A stretch of DNA of 64,000 nucleotides from Planktothrix sp. GU0601_MAG3 (GCA_035193785.1 CP136572.1:3284578-3348577); one strand, 5' to 3'; shown: positions 24,816 through 37,105, numbered from the stretch's first letter. Notes: generated by a model not told the origin, from the letters alone. Translations and numbers: made by a program.

Positions 24816-25968
24816 ATGTCCCTGACCTCTGCACAACCCGCTTTACTTGTCCTTGCTGATGGAACCGCCTACACAGGCTGGTCATTCGGCGCTCCAGGCA
24901 CCGTGATTGGAGAAGTTGTCTTTAATACGGGTATGACCGGATATCAAGAAGTATTGACCGATCCTAGCTATTGTGGACAAATTGTCACCTTTACCTATCC
25001 CGAGTTAGGCAATACTGGTGTTAACTCCGAAGATGAAGAATCCGCCCATCCCCATGTGCGGGGAGCGATCGCGCGTAACATTTCTACCCGTCCCAGTAAT
25101 TGGCGTTCCACCCAGTCCCTACCTGACTACTTAAAACAGCACAATATCCCCGGTATTTATGGCATTGATACCCGCGCCCTAACGCGCAAAATTCGTACCG
25201 TTGGGGCGATGAATGGGGCGATTTCCACGGAAATTTTAGATCCTGGTGAACTCAGAAACCTTAGTGGAACAAGCCCCTAGTATGGCTGGGTTGAACCTGG
25301 TTAAAGAAGTCACCACCAAAAAAACCTATGAATGGCTCGAACCCACGGAAAGTGCCTGGGAATTTAGCGATTCTGCCACCGGAGATTCCGAACCCCTTTA
25401 TACTGTCGTTGCCTTGGATTTTGGGGTGAAACGCAATATTCTGCGACGGTTAGCCAGTTATGGCTGTCGGGTGATTGTGGTTCCGGCTAATACCTCCCCG
25501 GAGGAGATTCTTAAATATAATCCCGATGGCATTTTCCTATCTAATGGCCCTGGTGATCCCTCGGCCGTTACCGAAGGCATTGCCACCGCCAAAGAGTTAG
25601 TCAAGGCGGAAAAACCCGTATTTGGGATTTGTATGGGCCATCAAATTTTGGGTCTATCCCTAGGGGCCGAAACCTTTAAGCTCAAATTTGGTCATCGCGG
25701 CTTAAATCAACCCGCAGGTCTGGCACAGCAACAAGTGGAAATTACCAGTCAAAATCATGGGTTTGCGATTGATCCCGATACCCTAGCTTCGGATGTCGAG
25801 ATTACTCACCTGAACCTGAATGATCGCACCGTTGCCGGCTTGAAACACAAAACCTTGCCTCTGTTTTCGGTTCAATATCACCCCGAAGCCAGTCCTGGCC
25901 CCCATGACGCCGACTATCTGTTTGAGCGCTTTGTTGAAGCTATGCGGCAACAGCAAGAACAAAATTAA
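24816..25968 (+). CDS. carA: Carbamoyl-phosphate synthase small subunit (break at 25255-25259)
   Basis: [38 protein letters not shown]. Confidence 0.96.
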
Positions 25969-26061
25969 AATCCTTTCTCCCTCCTAACTCAGTAGACAAT
26001 TCCTTGAAAAGCCCTTATACTAGATCGGCGATGTCAAGCTTTATGTAGTTAGGAGGGTATC

Positions 26062-26433
26062 ATTTCTGAGAAACTGAATTTAACCGTGAGCCTGCGCGGT
26101 ACAAGGGATGTCCAAGAAAACTATCAGATCTTTCGGCTAACTGGATTAATGGATGCTTTCTCAGAAGGCACTTTTACGAAGGTGGTCAGTAATTATATAG
26201 AAAAAGGCCCCAAGCACATTATATTGGATCTCTCTCAGATAGATTTTGTAGACAGTTCGGGATTAGGGGCGCTCGTGCAGCTTGTGAAAAAAGCTCAACA
26301 GAGCGACGGCGGAACTTTACAGATTGTTTCCAATCCCCGTGTAACTCAAACTGTTAAGTTGGTTCGCTTGGAAAAGTTTCTCTCTTTACAGCCATCTGTA
26401 GAAGATGCGATCGAAAACACCAAAAAAGCTTAG
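26062..26433 (+). CDS. STAS-domain anti-sigma-factor antagonist (start ATT 26062 or GTG 26086)
   Basis: LDLSQIDFVDSSGLGAL; AGGAGG at 26051-26056 lies 5 nt before an in-frame ATT. Confidence 0.9.
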   Translation: MSEKLNLTVSLRGTRDVQENYQIFRLTGLMDAFSEGTFTKVVSNYIEKGPKHIILDLSQIDFVDSSGLGALVQLVKKAQQSDGGTLQIVSNPRVTQTVKLVRLEKFLSLQPSVEDAIENTKKA

Positions 26434-26572
26434 GTGTGAACGTCAATTGGGTAGTGCCATCCTTGATCAGGTGAGGGTACTTAGTCAATGGGATCAGGGT
26501 GGAACAATCTTTACGACGACCTTTTAATGACTAACGAGTTAATCTGTTGGTTAGTCTCTACCCCTGGATCAA

Positions 26573-26968
26573 ATGCTCGATCAAAGCCTATCACCAGAAC
26601 AAGTTCAACGGATTTCTCCTGCGTCTTGGGCCTATTTAGGAGATGCCGTTTATGAACTCTACATTCGTAGTTTTTATCTGATGCCCCCAAAGCGATCGCA
26701 TTTGTATCATCAGTTAGTCGTGTCTCAAGTTCGCGCCGAAAGCCAAGCTCGTCACTTGCGATCGCTAGAACCTCACCTTACCGAAACGGAATTAGAAGTT
26801 TTAAAACGGGGTCGAAATGCCGCTTTTGGATATCCCAAAAGACTCGATCCCCAAACTTACCAACAAGCCACCAGTTTAGAAGCATTATTCGGATATTTGT
26901 ATTTAACGAATCCGCAACGTTTAGAGGAATTGTTTAATTATCTTGAGCTTGATTCTAAGGATTGTTGA
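26573..26968 (+). CDS. mrnC: Mini-ribonuclease III
   Basis: AYLGDAVYEL, KRGRNA, YQQATSLEALFGYLYL; directly upstream of rlmB. Confidence 0.88.
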   Translation: MLDQSLSPEQVQRISPASWAYLGDAVYELYIRSFYLMPPKRSHLYHQLVVSQVRAESQARHLRSLEPHLTETELEVLKRGRNAAFGYPKRLDPQTYQQATSLEALFGYLYLTNPQRLEELFNYLELDSKDC

Positions 26969-27047
26969 TTTTTGACTGTTGGCTCCTCAATGACGCGGGG
27001 AAAACCTGTCAACTTTAGTCTAAAACTCCTAATTGTAGCCTAGATCA

Positions 27048-27190
27048 GATCCCCCCTAACCCCCCTTAAAAAGGGGGGAAATGGATTTTCAAAGTCCCCC
27101 TTTATTAAGGAAATGGATTTTCAAAGTCCCCCTTTATTAAGGAAATGGATTTTCAAAGTCCCCCTTTTTAAGGGGGATTTAGGGGGATCA
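27048..27190. repeat. CCCCCTT-AAGGGGG palindromic repeat element with an internal 32-bp triplication; relatives at 7519-7572 and ~12247
   Basis: gatcccccctaa..ttagggggatc ends; ggaaatggattttcaaagtccccctt at 27077, 27109, 27141. Confidence 0.75.
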
Positions 27191-27287
27191 AATATAGGAG
27201 AAAAACAGGGGTTTTAGGCGGTCGTTGACGTCAATTGATCAAACCCCTATCTCCACACCCATCTATATTCCTATCTCCCTAATTATT

Positions 27288-28881
27288 ATGCCAAAGTTTA
27301 GTCGTTCCAATTCTCCATCGAGATCTGCTAAAAAACCATCGAGTCGCTCTAAGTTTAATTCTAAATCTGGAGAACGAGATAACAGCAAACCGTCTCGATT
27401 CTCCGATGACCGAAAACCGTCTCGATTCTCCGATGACCGAAAACCGTCTCGATTCTCCGATGACAGCAAACCGTCTCGATTCTCCGATGACCGAAAACCG
27501 TCTCGATTCTCCGATGACCGAAAACCGTCTCGATTCTCCGATGACAGCAAACCGTCTCGATTCTCCGATGACCGAAAACCGTCTCGATTCTCCGATGACC
27601 GAAAACCGTCTCGATTCTCCGATGACCGAAAACCGTCTCGATTCTCCGATGACAGCAAACCGTCTCGATTCTCCGATGACCGAAAACCGTCTCGATTCTC
27701 CGATGACCGAAAACCGTCTCGATTCTCCGATGACCGAAAACCGTCTCGATTTGCCGATGACCGAAAACCGTCTCGATTCTCCGATGACCGAAAACCGTCT
27801 CGATTTGCCGATGACCGAAAACCGTCTCGATTTGCCGATGACCGAAAACCGTCTCGATTTGCCGATGACAGAAAATCCTACCGATTTTCCGATGAGCAAT
27901 CCGACAACTATAATAAATTTTCAGACGAAAGAAAACAATCTTTTTCTCCTGCTCAGCCAGAAGAAAGAACAAGAGAAAAACCGAGCCGATTCTCGGATCA
28001 ACACCAACCCAGACAACATCAAAATTCTTTACCTTATACTCAAAAAAGTCAACGAATTATTGAAGATGTCAAGCCAGAATTTGTTGATGAATATATCGAA
28101 TCCTTAGATGTTGAAAATGAGTTAATTTATGGACGACGGACAGTTTCAAGCTGCCTTAGAAAATGAGCGAGAGCTAAGTCGAATTTGGGTTGTTTCCCAA
28201 CTGAAATCCGATCCCAGATTTTACAAGTTATTGCAAGAAGCAAAAGCTAACGGTGCGATTCTTGATGAAGTTACCTATCAACGCTTAGATCAACTCACCC
28301 AGGGCGCGAATCATCAAGGTGTGGCGGCTCAAATTTCTCCCTATACTTATAAGGATCTGAGTGAGTTAATCGAAACTGCTCAAGCAGCCAATTCTCAGCC
28401 CGTAATTCTTGTTGCCGATGGGATTCATGATCCTCACAATTTAGGTGCTATCATTCGGACAGCAGAAGCCATTGGAGCGCAGGGTCTGATCATACCCCAA
28501 CGTCGGGCTGTAGGTATTACCTCAACGGTGATGAAAGTTGCCGCTGGTGCATTGGAAACTTTCCCCGTCGCCAGGGTTGTTAATCTGAGTCGGGCTTTAG
28601 AAGACCTGAAAGCCGCTGGATTTTGGATTTATGGCACTTCATCCACTGCCCAAAAACCCTTACCAACTGTGGCGTTTAATGGTGCGATCGCCCTAGTTGT
28701 TGGGAATGAAGGAGAAGGTTTAAGTCATTTAATTGAACAAAACTGTGATGTTTTAGTTTCAATTCCCCTATCAGGAGAAACCGCTAGTTTAAATGTTTCC
28801 GTAGCAACGGGAATGGCGCTGTATGAAATTTATCGTCAAAGACAATTTCCCGCACCTGATTTGAGTCAAGAAAAAGTATAA
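27288..28881 (+). CDS. rlmB: 23S rRNA Gm2251 methyltransferase RlmB with long repetitive N-terminal extension (break at 28143-28147)
   Basis: [41 protein letters not shown] motifs. Confidence 0.92.
27387..27872 (+). repeat. Coding tandem repeat, 27 bp x18 (KPSRF[S/A]DD[R/S])
   Basis: Unit aaaccgtctcgattctccgatgaccga, no spacers. Confidence 0.95.
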
Positions 28882-28977
28882 ACCGATGCTTTAGGGTTGT
28901 AATTGTTCAGATAAACTATTCAATAACAACCCTAGGGATTCCGTTTATTGAAAAAATCAGGATCATTGATAGTGAAT

Positions 28978-29202
28978 ATGAAAGAACTTCTGATTAGCCT
29001 GCTCGACGTTTTTGGATTTGCTTTCTGGGTAGAAATTCTGACAGAAACTCCCAACTGTACCTACTATTTCGGGCCATTTATTAGTAAACAAGAGGCTGAA
29101 ACTTCTCAATTTGGTTATCTCGAAGACCTGGAAGCAGAGGACGCAAAAGGAATTAAAGTTAAAATTAAACGGTTTAAACCCAATATCCTAACCATTGCCT
29201 AA
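28978..29202 (+). CDS. DUF1816 protein
   Basis: FWVEI.T..P.CTYYFGPF..GYLEDL..E. Confidence 0.85.
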   Translation: MKELLISLLDVFGFAFWVEILTETPNCTYYFGPFISKQEAETSQFGYLEDLEAEDAKGIKVKIKRFKPNILTIA

Positions 29203-29228
29203 ATAATAATACAGTTTGTTATTGCGCT

Positions 29229-30060
29229 TTAGCTATCCAAGTAGGGGTGATCGTCTAACAACAATTGAGCTATCCAACTATCAATATCTGTAAGTACCGT
29301 TTGAGGAATTTCCCAAGGGAATAAATGGGCGGTATTAGGATAACAATAAAACTGGGAATTGGGTAATAATTGCGCTGTTTCTTGACTGGATGTGGCGGTA
29401 ATATGGCGATCGCATTCTCCCGCTAAAACTAAAGTCGGACAATCAATTTTTTGTAGGTATTCTAAGCGATTATAACCTAACCTCAAGGCTTGATTTAAGG
29501 CTTGAGTTGCAAATCCAGAAGTTTGCATAAAAGCTGGAATTGCTTCCTTTGCTAAATAGTGGTAAGCGCTAGAATTATGTTGTTGAATTAAATAGCGAAA
29601 TAGCGATCGCTTTCCCAAGGTTTCAATATTCCATCGCCAACAGGGAAATACCCAATTAATTATTCCAGCTAAACCCGTATAAACATAATCTAAATTAGAA
29701 ATTGCAGGATGATTTCCCCTGGGTTTTGCCGCCGAAGCAATTAAGATTAAACCCTTAACTTTTTCAGGAAATTTCAAGGCTAATTCAAGGGCTAAAATTC
29801 CCCCTAATGACCATCCTAAAATCAGACATTGATCAATATTAAACTCTTGGAAAAGTGTTTCTAAATCCTGTAAATGATCGCCCATTTCAAACCCTTGACG
29901 GGTGCGACTGTTTCCATACCCTCTTAAGTCCGGTGCGAGGGTGAGATACCGTTGCGAAAGATGGTTAGTAAAAACGGACATACACTGACCCGAAACCCGG
30001 ATGTCCATGTAAACAAATAATCGGTAATCCTTGACCTTGAATTTTGGTATTTAATCGCAA
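29229..30060 (-). CDS. Alpha/beta hydrolase (break at 29992-29996)
   Basis: Reconstructed LHGHPGSG, PDLRGYG, GWSLGG, D and H triad residues. Confidence 0.88.
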
Positions 30061-30291
30061 TTGTTAACCTCGTGAATTTATATTAAATCGTTAAATTAGT
30101 GTTACAGGGAATAGGGAACAGGGAATTACGAATTACGAATTACGAATTACGAATAGGGTAAACCAGAGGTATACAATCTTAGTTATCACTTAACTTCTAT
30201 AATAACTCTTAAATTGATAACTGATGACTGATTACTGATGACGGATGGAGACGCGCCATGGTACGTCTCTACGCTGATGACTGATAACTGA

Positions 30292-31623
30292 TTAAAGCTG
30301 TCCATTTTCAACAATATATTCAGCTATTTTATGGATGCTCTTGCTAATTTGGGGAACATTAGCCGTATTATTATCAATAGCAGTAATAATATATTTTTCC
30401 CCATTAATTTGAGCCGCAACTGTTGTTCCAATTACCCGGGAATTTTGACCAGTTTTTTCTCCTAACCATTGGGTTTTAGGTAATCCTTGTAAACCCGCAT
30501 AACCAATTACCCGATCATATTGACGATTTAAGGCATCAATTAATACCTGGGATGAGGGGTGTTCATAATTATAAACTTGCACCATCATTTCTGTCAGTTC
30601 ATTACTGGTTAATCGGTTTCTTCCGGTTCCTGGTCGCCAAGGCATAATCCGATCTCCCATTAATTTAAAATTAACTTTGGTGAATTTATAGCCTTGGGAT
30701 TCTAAATATTTATTAATATAATCAGAACCCAAATAATCAATTAATTGATTTGTCGCAATATTGCTACTGTGATCAATCATTTGTCCCATTAAGTCTTTTA
30801 AAGAGTAGGATTGACGAGCTTGAATAGATGAAGCATCTTCGGTAAAGTTTCCTCTGACTACCATAACTTTTTGCTCTAAACTAATTTTTTCCTCCCCTGT
30901 TTTATGTAAAAGTGCGATCGCCACGGGAACTTTAATTAAACTAGCGGGACTCGCTGGGGGTTGGTTTCCTCGTAAATTAACACAATCTCGTTTTAGGGTA
31001 CAAACTGTTAACATTGCTTGACGAGTTAAGCCACTTTCTTGACGAATTTGTTCTAATATTTTTGAGCGAGCGTCTAACAATTCATCGGTAATTTCTGATA
31101 AGCTGAATTTGTATTCTTTAATTTTGTTAGAAGTTTGACGGGTTAATAAAGAATGGGGGGAAATTTCCTCTAAATTATTAATTGCTTTTTCCCAAAGTTC
31201 TTGGACTTGTTTTCGCTGTTGGGGAGAAGGATCATCGGGATTAGCAATTTTTTGCGCTTGATTTGCTAAACGGATAGCTTGTTGCCAGTTATCCTCGGCT
31301 CGTTCTTCTACTAACATTTGAATCTCAACGGTTTTTAACTTTTGTAATAAAATTTCATTGGGTTCAAATTTTAGGGGGTCGGTAAATAAAGAGTTGAAAA
31401 AATTGGGTTCGGGTTTATTTTTTGGAGGAGTTTCTAACTCTTGAATTAAGCGATCGCGCAGGTTAATTAACTCTTTTAAAGAACTCGCTCCATATAATTC
31501 TGAAGCCGTCCCCAGGGAAGGAAGTGTCTGAGTCAGTTCCAAACCCAAGATCATTGCCATAGTACCTGTTACCGTTGTAGCCCAACGCCACACTTGACGC
31601 ATCCTTAAACTCCTCACACACAA
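30292..31623 (-). CDS. Serine hydrolase, class-A beta-lactamase/PBP-like C-terminal domain
   Basis: ASLIK (SxxK), SSN, KTG. Confidence 0.82.
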   Translation of the reverse strand: MCVRSLRMRQVWRWATTVTGTMAMILGLELTQTLPSLGTASELYGASSLKELINLRDRLIQELETPPKNKPEPNFFNSLFTDPLKFEPNEILLQKLKTVEIQMLVEERAEDNWQQAIRLANQAQKIANPDDPSPQQRKQVQELWEKAINNLEEISPHSLLTRQTSNKIKEYKFSLSEITDELLDARSKILEQIRQESGLTRQAMLTVCTLKRDCVNLRGNQPPASPASLIKVPVAIALLHKTGEEKISLEQKVMVVRGNFTEDASSIQARQSYSLKDLMGQMIDHSSNIATNQLIDYLGSDYINKYLESQGYKFTKVNFKLMGDRIMPWRPGTGRNRLTSNELTEMMVQVYNYEHPSSQVLIDALNRQYDRVIGYAGLQGLPKTQWLGEKTGQNSRVIGTTVAAQINGEKYIITAIDNNTANVPQISKSIHKIAEYIVENGQL

Positions 31624-31679
31624 GTTCCATCAGTTTATCAAAAATGGGAGCAAGAAGACCTGCATCATTAGAAAATCAG

Positions 31680-32583
31680 TTATTTTTTTTGTTTTCCTAT
31701 CACTTTTTTAACTAATATTGGAATTTCCGAGGGCTGTTTAGCCACAAGAACTTCAGCATTTTTAAAAGCAGAAACTTTGCTTTCAACGGTTCCGGGATCA
31801 ACCATATTCTTAACAACTTTTGAAGTCATTAATAGACTAGCATGACCCAAAAGTTTAGTAGTCGGAGCGTGTAACCCGGCAACATAAGCAATAACGGGTG
31901 TATCAATGGATTCCGCAATATAAGAAGCCGCTTCTTCCTCGCTAGTTTCCCCCCATTTCTCCCACTAAAACAATAACATCCGTATTTTCATCTTCATCCA
32001 AAATTTCTAACCATTGCAGAAACGAAGATCCCACAATAAAATCACTCCCAATGCTAACAGCAACCGATTGACCTAATCCCGCTTGAGTTAACTCCGATGC
32101 CACTTCATAGGTGAGGGTACTGCTACGACTTAATAATCCCACATTTCCGGGTTGATAAAATTCAACCGGATGGGTTCCTAATAATAATTTATCAGGAATA
32201 ATAATTCCCGAACAATTAGGGCCAACCACCAAGGTTTCTGTAATTTCTGCCTTCCGAACTAAATGCACCATATCTAAAGGAGGCATTCCTTCCGTGACAA
32301 TAATTAATTGACGAATTCCCGCCGCCATTGCTTCTAATGCCGCATCTAAAACTTGATAGGGGTGAACAAAAATTACACTAATATCAATTTCACCCACATT
32401 TGCAATTACTTGTTCTACCAAATCAAAGATCGGAATTTCACTTAACTCCTGTCCTCCCTGACCTGGACAGACACAGGCGACAACACGAGTACCATAGGTT
32501 TTCATTTGCACCACTGCATGGGTTAAGGAGGGTGATATTGTTGTACCCTGTATAATGACTTTACTATCAGGAGTTAAATTCAT
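31680..32583 (-). CDS. sucD: Succinyl-CoA synthetase alpha-like subunit (break at 31945-31949)
   Basis: KVIIQG, VGPNC, SRSSTLTYEV, reconstructed GEMGGTSEEEAA, LGHA. Confidence 0.88.
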
Positions 32584-32619
32584 AGTTCGAGGAAGTTTTA
32601 CACAGTTAATCAAAAAAAA

Positions 32620-33775
32620 CTATTTGGCTAAATTAATAGCCGCCGTCACAGCTAAATCCAACCGATTAAATAAATTTACAGGTAAATCGGTAAACTGTTC
32701 TGTATCAGATTCCGGTTTAATTCCCGCCAACATCAGAACAAATTTAGGTAAATTACTGGTTCTAGCTTTTCGTTTCAAATATGCGGCAATTTCCATTAAT
32801 AATGAAGAACGAATGATCGGTTGAACCCAAAAATTAATAATCACAACTTTAACCTGTTTAGATTGGGTAATTTGATCAATTCCTTGATACAAACGTTGGC
32901 GAAAGTTTTCTGTAATTTCATAGTGATCTGCCCCACCTAGATTCAAGAAATTAGCAGGTTTTCCCGAGGATTGCGTAACTAAATCTAAAGTTGCCATCGT
33001 TAAACCTGCACCGTTGCATAAAATCCCAATATTACCTTGTAATTCGACTAAATTTAGTTCGGGGTGAAACAATTGATCGGAAATTATCGGTAGGGAGAGG
33101 GAGCTACATTGTTTCTTGAGCTTTAAGTAAAGTAATTAAGTCTTCATGGCGTCCTAATGCTCCATCATTAGCAATTACTTTCCCATCTAATGCCATGACT
33201 TCTCCCGTGGGACTAATTCCCAAGGGATTAATTTCTACGAGATCCAAATCTTTCTGTACAAATAGATGATACATTTTCTCCACAATGGCACTGACCAAGA
33301 GAATTAAATCTCCCTGTAATCCCATTTTTAGGATTAATCGTCGAGCATAAAAAGGAGAAAAATCTTGATCCACAATCACCTGCTGAATTTTGGAAAGGGT
33401 TGCTTCCACATTCACGCCCCCCTGTTGCGATCCCAATAATACCGGACGCCGTGACCCGGAATCCAAGGTGACGGCTAAGTATAATTCCCGATCCGCATCA
33501 TATTTGGCCTCTGCTAACAGGACTTGGGGACATTCACCCCGAATCGGCAAATTAAAAATCATTTGGGCCGCAGCCACCGCATCAATGGTATTTTCTGCAA
33601 AGCGAATGCCTCCAGCTTTTCCCCTACCCCCAGCCCGGACTTGGGATTTTAACACCACCGGATAGGGAATTTTTAAACCCTTTAAATCTTGAGCGTTATC
33701 AATCTGTTGTGAGGGTAAAACCGGAATCCCCATCTCACGAAATAAGGTTTTAGCTTGATACTCTAGCAAATCCAT
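32620..33775 (-). CDS. sucC: Succinyl-CoA synthetase beta subunit (break at 33111-33115)
   Basis: LLEYQAK, KSQVRAGGRGKAGG, EINPL, NGAGLTMATLD, PANFL. Confidence 0.92.
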
Positions 33776-33776
33776 A

Positions 33777-34086
33777 ATCAGTTATTAGTTATTAGTTATT
33801 AGTTATTAGTGTAGAGACGTGCCATGGCGCGTCTGTAACAGTTATCAGTCATCAGTTATCAGTTATCAGTTATTAGTGCAAGAGTTATCAGTCATCGGTT
33901 GAGAGTAAAGAGTTCATTGTTAATATTTGTGGGCTAAAAACAGTTAACTGGTACGGGCGGGTTTATCGAGATGTGCGATGATTAACTCATATCTAAAATA
34001 ACCCGCCCCTACAACTGATAACTGATAACAGACGCGCCATGGCACGTCTCTACACTGATAACTGATAACTGTTGACTGATGACTGA
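33777..34086. repeat. Composite palindromic mosaic: STRR arrays + two inverted GTAGAGACG-CCATGG-CGTCT REPs + one GGGCGGG REP
   Basis: (agttatt/c)n arms on the left, (actgata)n on the right; REP copies at 33811-33834, 33951-34012, 34030-34053; family also at 23733, 30247, 51995. Confidence 0.8.
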
Positions 34087-35641
34087 TTAATGATTATTGC
34101 CTTGATGAACGGTCTTCACCCACTTGAGTTGTTTGGGACGAATCCCCATCCGGGCGGTTGTACTCCCCACCACCAATAACCAATGGAGCATATATACCGT
34201 ACCCCGCAGGGTATCAATCCCAATGGTTGATTTTTCGGAGATTGCAGGCGATGTCTTGCCGCTAGGGGTTGAACCCAATTCCGGGTTAACATTCACCATT
34301 GTCCCTTGTGTTTGACGAATCCTTCGTAATCCTAAAAACATTCCCAATAGGGATAGAGTTAGGGTAAAACAGGTTAGGGGGGAAGTTAGGGGTAAACGAC
34401 CTTGAATCAGGGATAGCACCAAATCAGGAACTACGGCCGTCGGTAGGATATATTGGGTGATCCAAAAGCAAAACAAATCCAGGGTTTTTTGAGTTTCCCA
34501 TGCGGTTAGCCAGAATCAACTGCCAATAGTCTAAATAGCGTTGATAGCCGCCCTCCGCCCAACGGTTGCGCTGATGCCAAAGGGCTTTAAAATTGGTGAC
34601 TCCCTCCTCGTAAACCGGGGGAAAGGATAAACATTCAATATCCCATTGATCCAAATGTAGCCGAATGGTTAAATCTAAATCATCGGTAATGGTTTCTTCA
34701 TTCCAACCGCCACAGCTTAACAGGGCTTCCCGTCGGACAAACTGCCCATTGCCCCGCAATTCTCCAATTCCACCAATACTAATGCGTTTTTCTTGGAAAT
34801 AGGCATCTAAAGCCATTTCGGCGGCTTGGGAGCGAGTCCAAAAGTTTTCGGAAGCATTATTAATCGCTTTTCGCACTTGGACAGCACCCACGGATTCTGG
34901 ACGGAATAGGGGAACAATATGGCGTAACATATCCGGTGCAATTTGAGCATCGGCATCAAAGACCCCGATAATTTCTCCTTGAGTTAAGGCTAAAACTTGA
35001 TTTAGGGCGCCTGATTTTCCCCCACTGGCATTAGCCGACCGTCTTAATACTTTGAGTTGTGGATAGTCTAGGCTGAGTTTTTCCAGAACTATAGGAGTTT
35101 TATCGCTACTATGATCATCAACAACCCATAATTCATAACAATTACTGGGATAATCCAAGTTACATAAATTTTTCACTAATTGACTAATAACGGCTTCTTC
35201 ATTTTTAGCCGCCACTAATAGGGAAATATAGGGCCAATCCCCTTGGGGTTGTTCCGGTGTAGTTAACTGTAGGGGAGGTATTTTAGCTGAGAAAATTCTG
35301 ATGGCGTGAATGGATAATAGACCCGTTAGACCCAGAATCAACCCCATCCCCCAGGAAACGAAATGGAGGGCAGTGATCCCGCCCCAAATTAGGGTTAAGG
35401 TCAGGGCAGCTTTCCGTCTCCGGCCTTGATACCATTGGGGATAAACCTGAAAATTGGAGTGGCCTCGAGTTGAAGGGGTACTCGGGTGCAATGGGTCATT
35501 TGTAACCGAGGGGTAAAGCATGGATGATCCATTTGGTTGAGATCTCGGAGCCGGAGACTCATCAGGAGATTCTTGATCGCGGGTGAGCTTTTTAATATCA
35601 CTGTTGTCAGCATCCTGTTCTGGCCAAGACTGTTTTGGCAT
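34087..35641 (-). CDS. mgdA: GT2 glycosyltransferase, probable monoglucosyldiacylglycerol synthase (break at 34493-34497)
   Basis: GRRRKAAL, AAKNEE, DD.S.D, GKSGALN, FDAD, TDDLD, QRNRW. Confidence 0.75.
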
Positions 35642-35953
35642 AGATAATCTGATTTACCCCTCAATATTCGTCCAATCTGCTACCAGTGTATCTAATATTG
35701 TGACGCCATCTACAAATATTGAGGTTAATGGCCTGGTCTTCACCCGATGGGGGGAAACTCAGGGGGATAATCGCTTGTTGGTTGATTTTATTGTTGATTA
35801 ATTAAGTGAACTACCTACACCGCCCTAATCGGGTCGGTTTAGGCTTCCGAATTCACAGACCGATGCCCCTTACTTTTACAAGCAGGTAGACTTACACAGC
35901 CTCCATCGGCAAAGACGGGGTTCCCTCCGCCTTCAGTTAATATCCTGATTCCT

Positions 35954-37027
35954 TCATTCGGAGATGTTAAGCGCAGCGTTTTCGTCACGATCATGGTGAG
36001 TATGGCAATTTGGACAGTCCCATTCTCTGATATCCAGAGATAATTCATCTAGGATATGACCACAACAGGAACAAGTTTTGGAGCTAGGGAAAAAGCGATC
36101 AATTTCTACAAGTTCACCACTTTTTTGCTTTAACTTGTAATCAATAAAATTGACAAATTTTCCCCAACCCACATCAGATATTGCTTTGGATAGCTTCCGG
36201 TTTTTAACCATCCCCTTGACATTGAGGTTTTCAACGACAATCACTTGGCTTTCGTTTACCAATTTTCTTGATAATTTATGCAAGAAATCTTGGCGGGAAT
36301 TGGTGATTTTCTCATGAACCTTAGCTACAGTTTTTCTAAACTTCTCTCTCGATTTACTACCTTTAGTTTTTCGAGAGAGTTTTTTCTGTTTTTGGGCTAA
36401 ATTTTTCTGATGACGATATAAATGTTTAGGGTTGGCGTATTTAGTTGCATTCTCTCCATTGTGAATAATTGCAAAATCTTTTAACCCCAAATCAATCCCA
36501 ATAATTTTGTCTCCCGACTGTTTAATATCAGTTCCTTCTACCTCATATAAGACGGAAGCAAAGTATTTATCAGTCGAAGTCTTGGAGATTGTTACTGTTT
36601 TAATTTTTCCCGTAATTTCTCGGTGAAATATCGCTTTAATTTCACCAATCTTAGGGACTTTTAGATATTCACCTTTAACAGTAACACTTTGAGGATACTG
36701 AATTGATTGCTTGTGATGTTTAGATTTGAAATTAGGAAATTTAGCTCGTCCCTCAAAAAAGTTTTTGTAAGCTCTATCTAAGTTTATAGCTACACATTGG
36801 AGAACCGATGAGTAGCAATCTTCTTTAAGCCAAGGATATTCTTTTTTGAGTTGAGGGAGTATTCCTTTATAAGATGCTAATTTTAGGCTTTTGCCAGTTT
36901 CTTGATAGTGCTGAATACAGGCGTTTAAGGCAAAATTCCAATACCATCTTGCACAACCATAAGACTTGGCTAACGCCAATTCCTGTTCGGGTGTTGGATA
37001 GAGCCTAACCTTTGTTACCTTCAGCAC
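35954..37027 (-). CDS. tnpB: RNA-guided endonuclease TnpB (C-terminal tail shifted near 35960)
   Basis: KVRLYPT, IGIDLG, IVVENL, SSKTCSCCG..CPNC zinc finger, DRDENAALNI. Confidence 0.93.
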   Translation of the reverse strand: MLKVTKVRLYPTPEQELALAKSYGCARWYWNFALNACIQHYQETGKSLKLASYKGILPQLKKEYPWLKEDCYSSVLQCVAINLDRAYKNFFEGRAKFPNFKSKHHKQSIQYPQSVTVKGEYLKVPKIGEIKAIFHREITGKIKTVTISKTSTDKYFASVLYEVEGTDIKQSGDKIIGIDLGLKDFAIIHNGENATKYANPKHLYRHQKNLAQKQKKLSRKTKGSKSREKFRKTVAKVHEKITNSRQDFLHKLSRKLVNESQVIVVENLNVKGMVKNRKLSKAISDVGWGKFVNFIDYKLKQKSGELVEIDRFFPSSKTCSCCGHILDELSLDIREWDCPNCHTHHDRDENAALNISE

Positions 37028-37105
37028 TTTAAATCACCTCCTTAGTTGGGTGTTATAATTTTGATATACACTGACTATAGCACAAGTTTTAAAATGTGGG
37101 GAATC

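Noticed and set aside
27225..28107. Five long overlapping ORFs on both strands, and a CRISPR-like look
   Set aside because: A by-product of a stop-free 27-bp tandem repeat with no unique spacers; only the frame leading into rlmB is plausible
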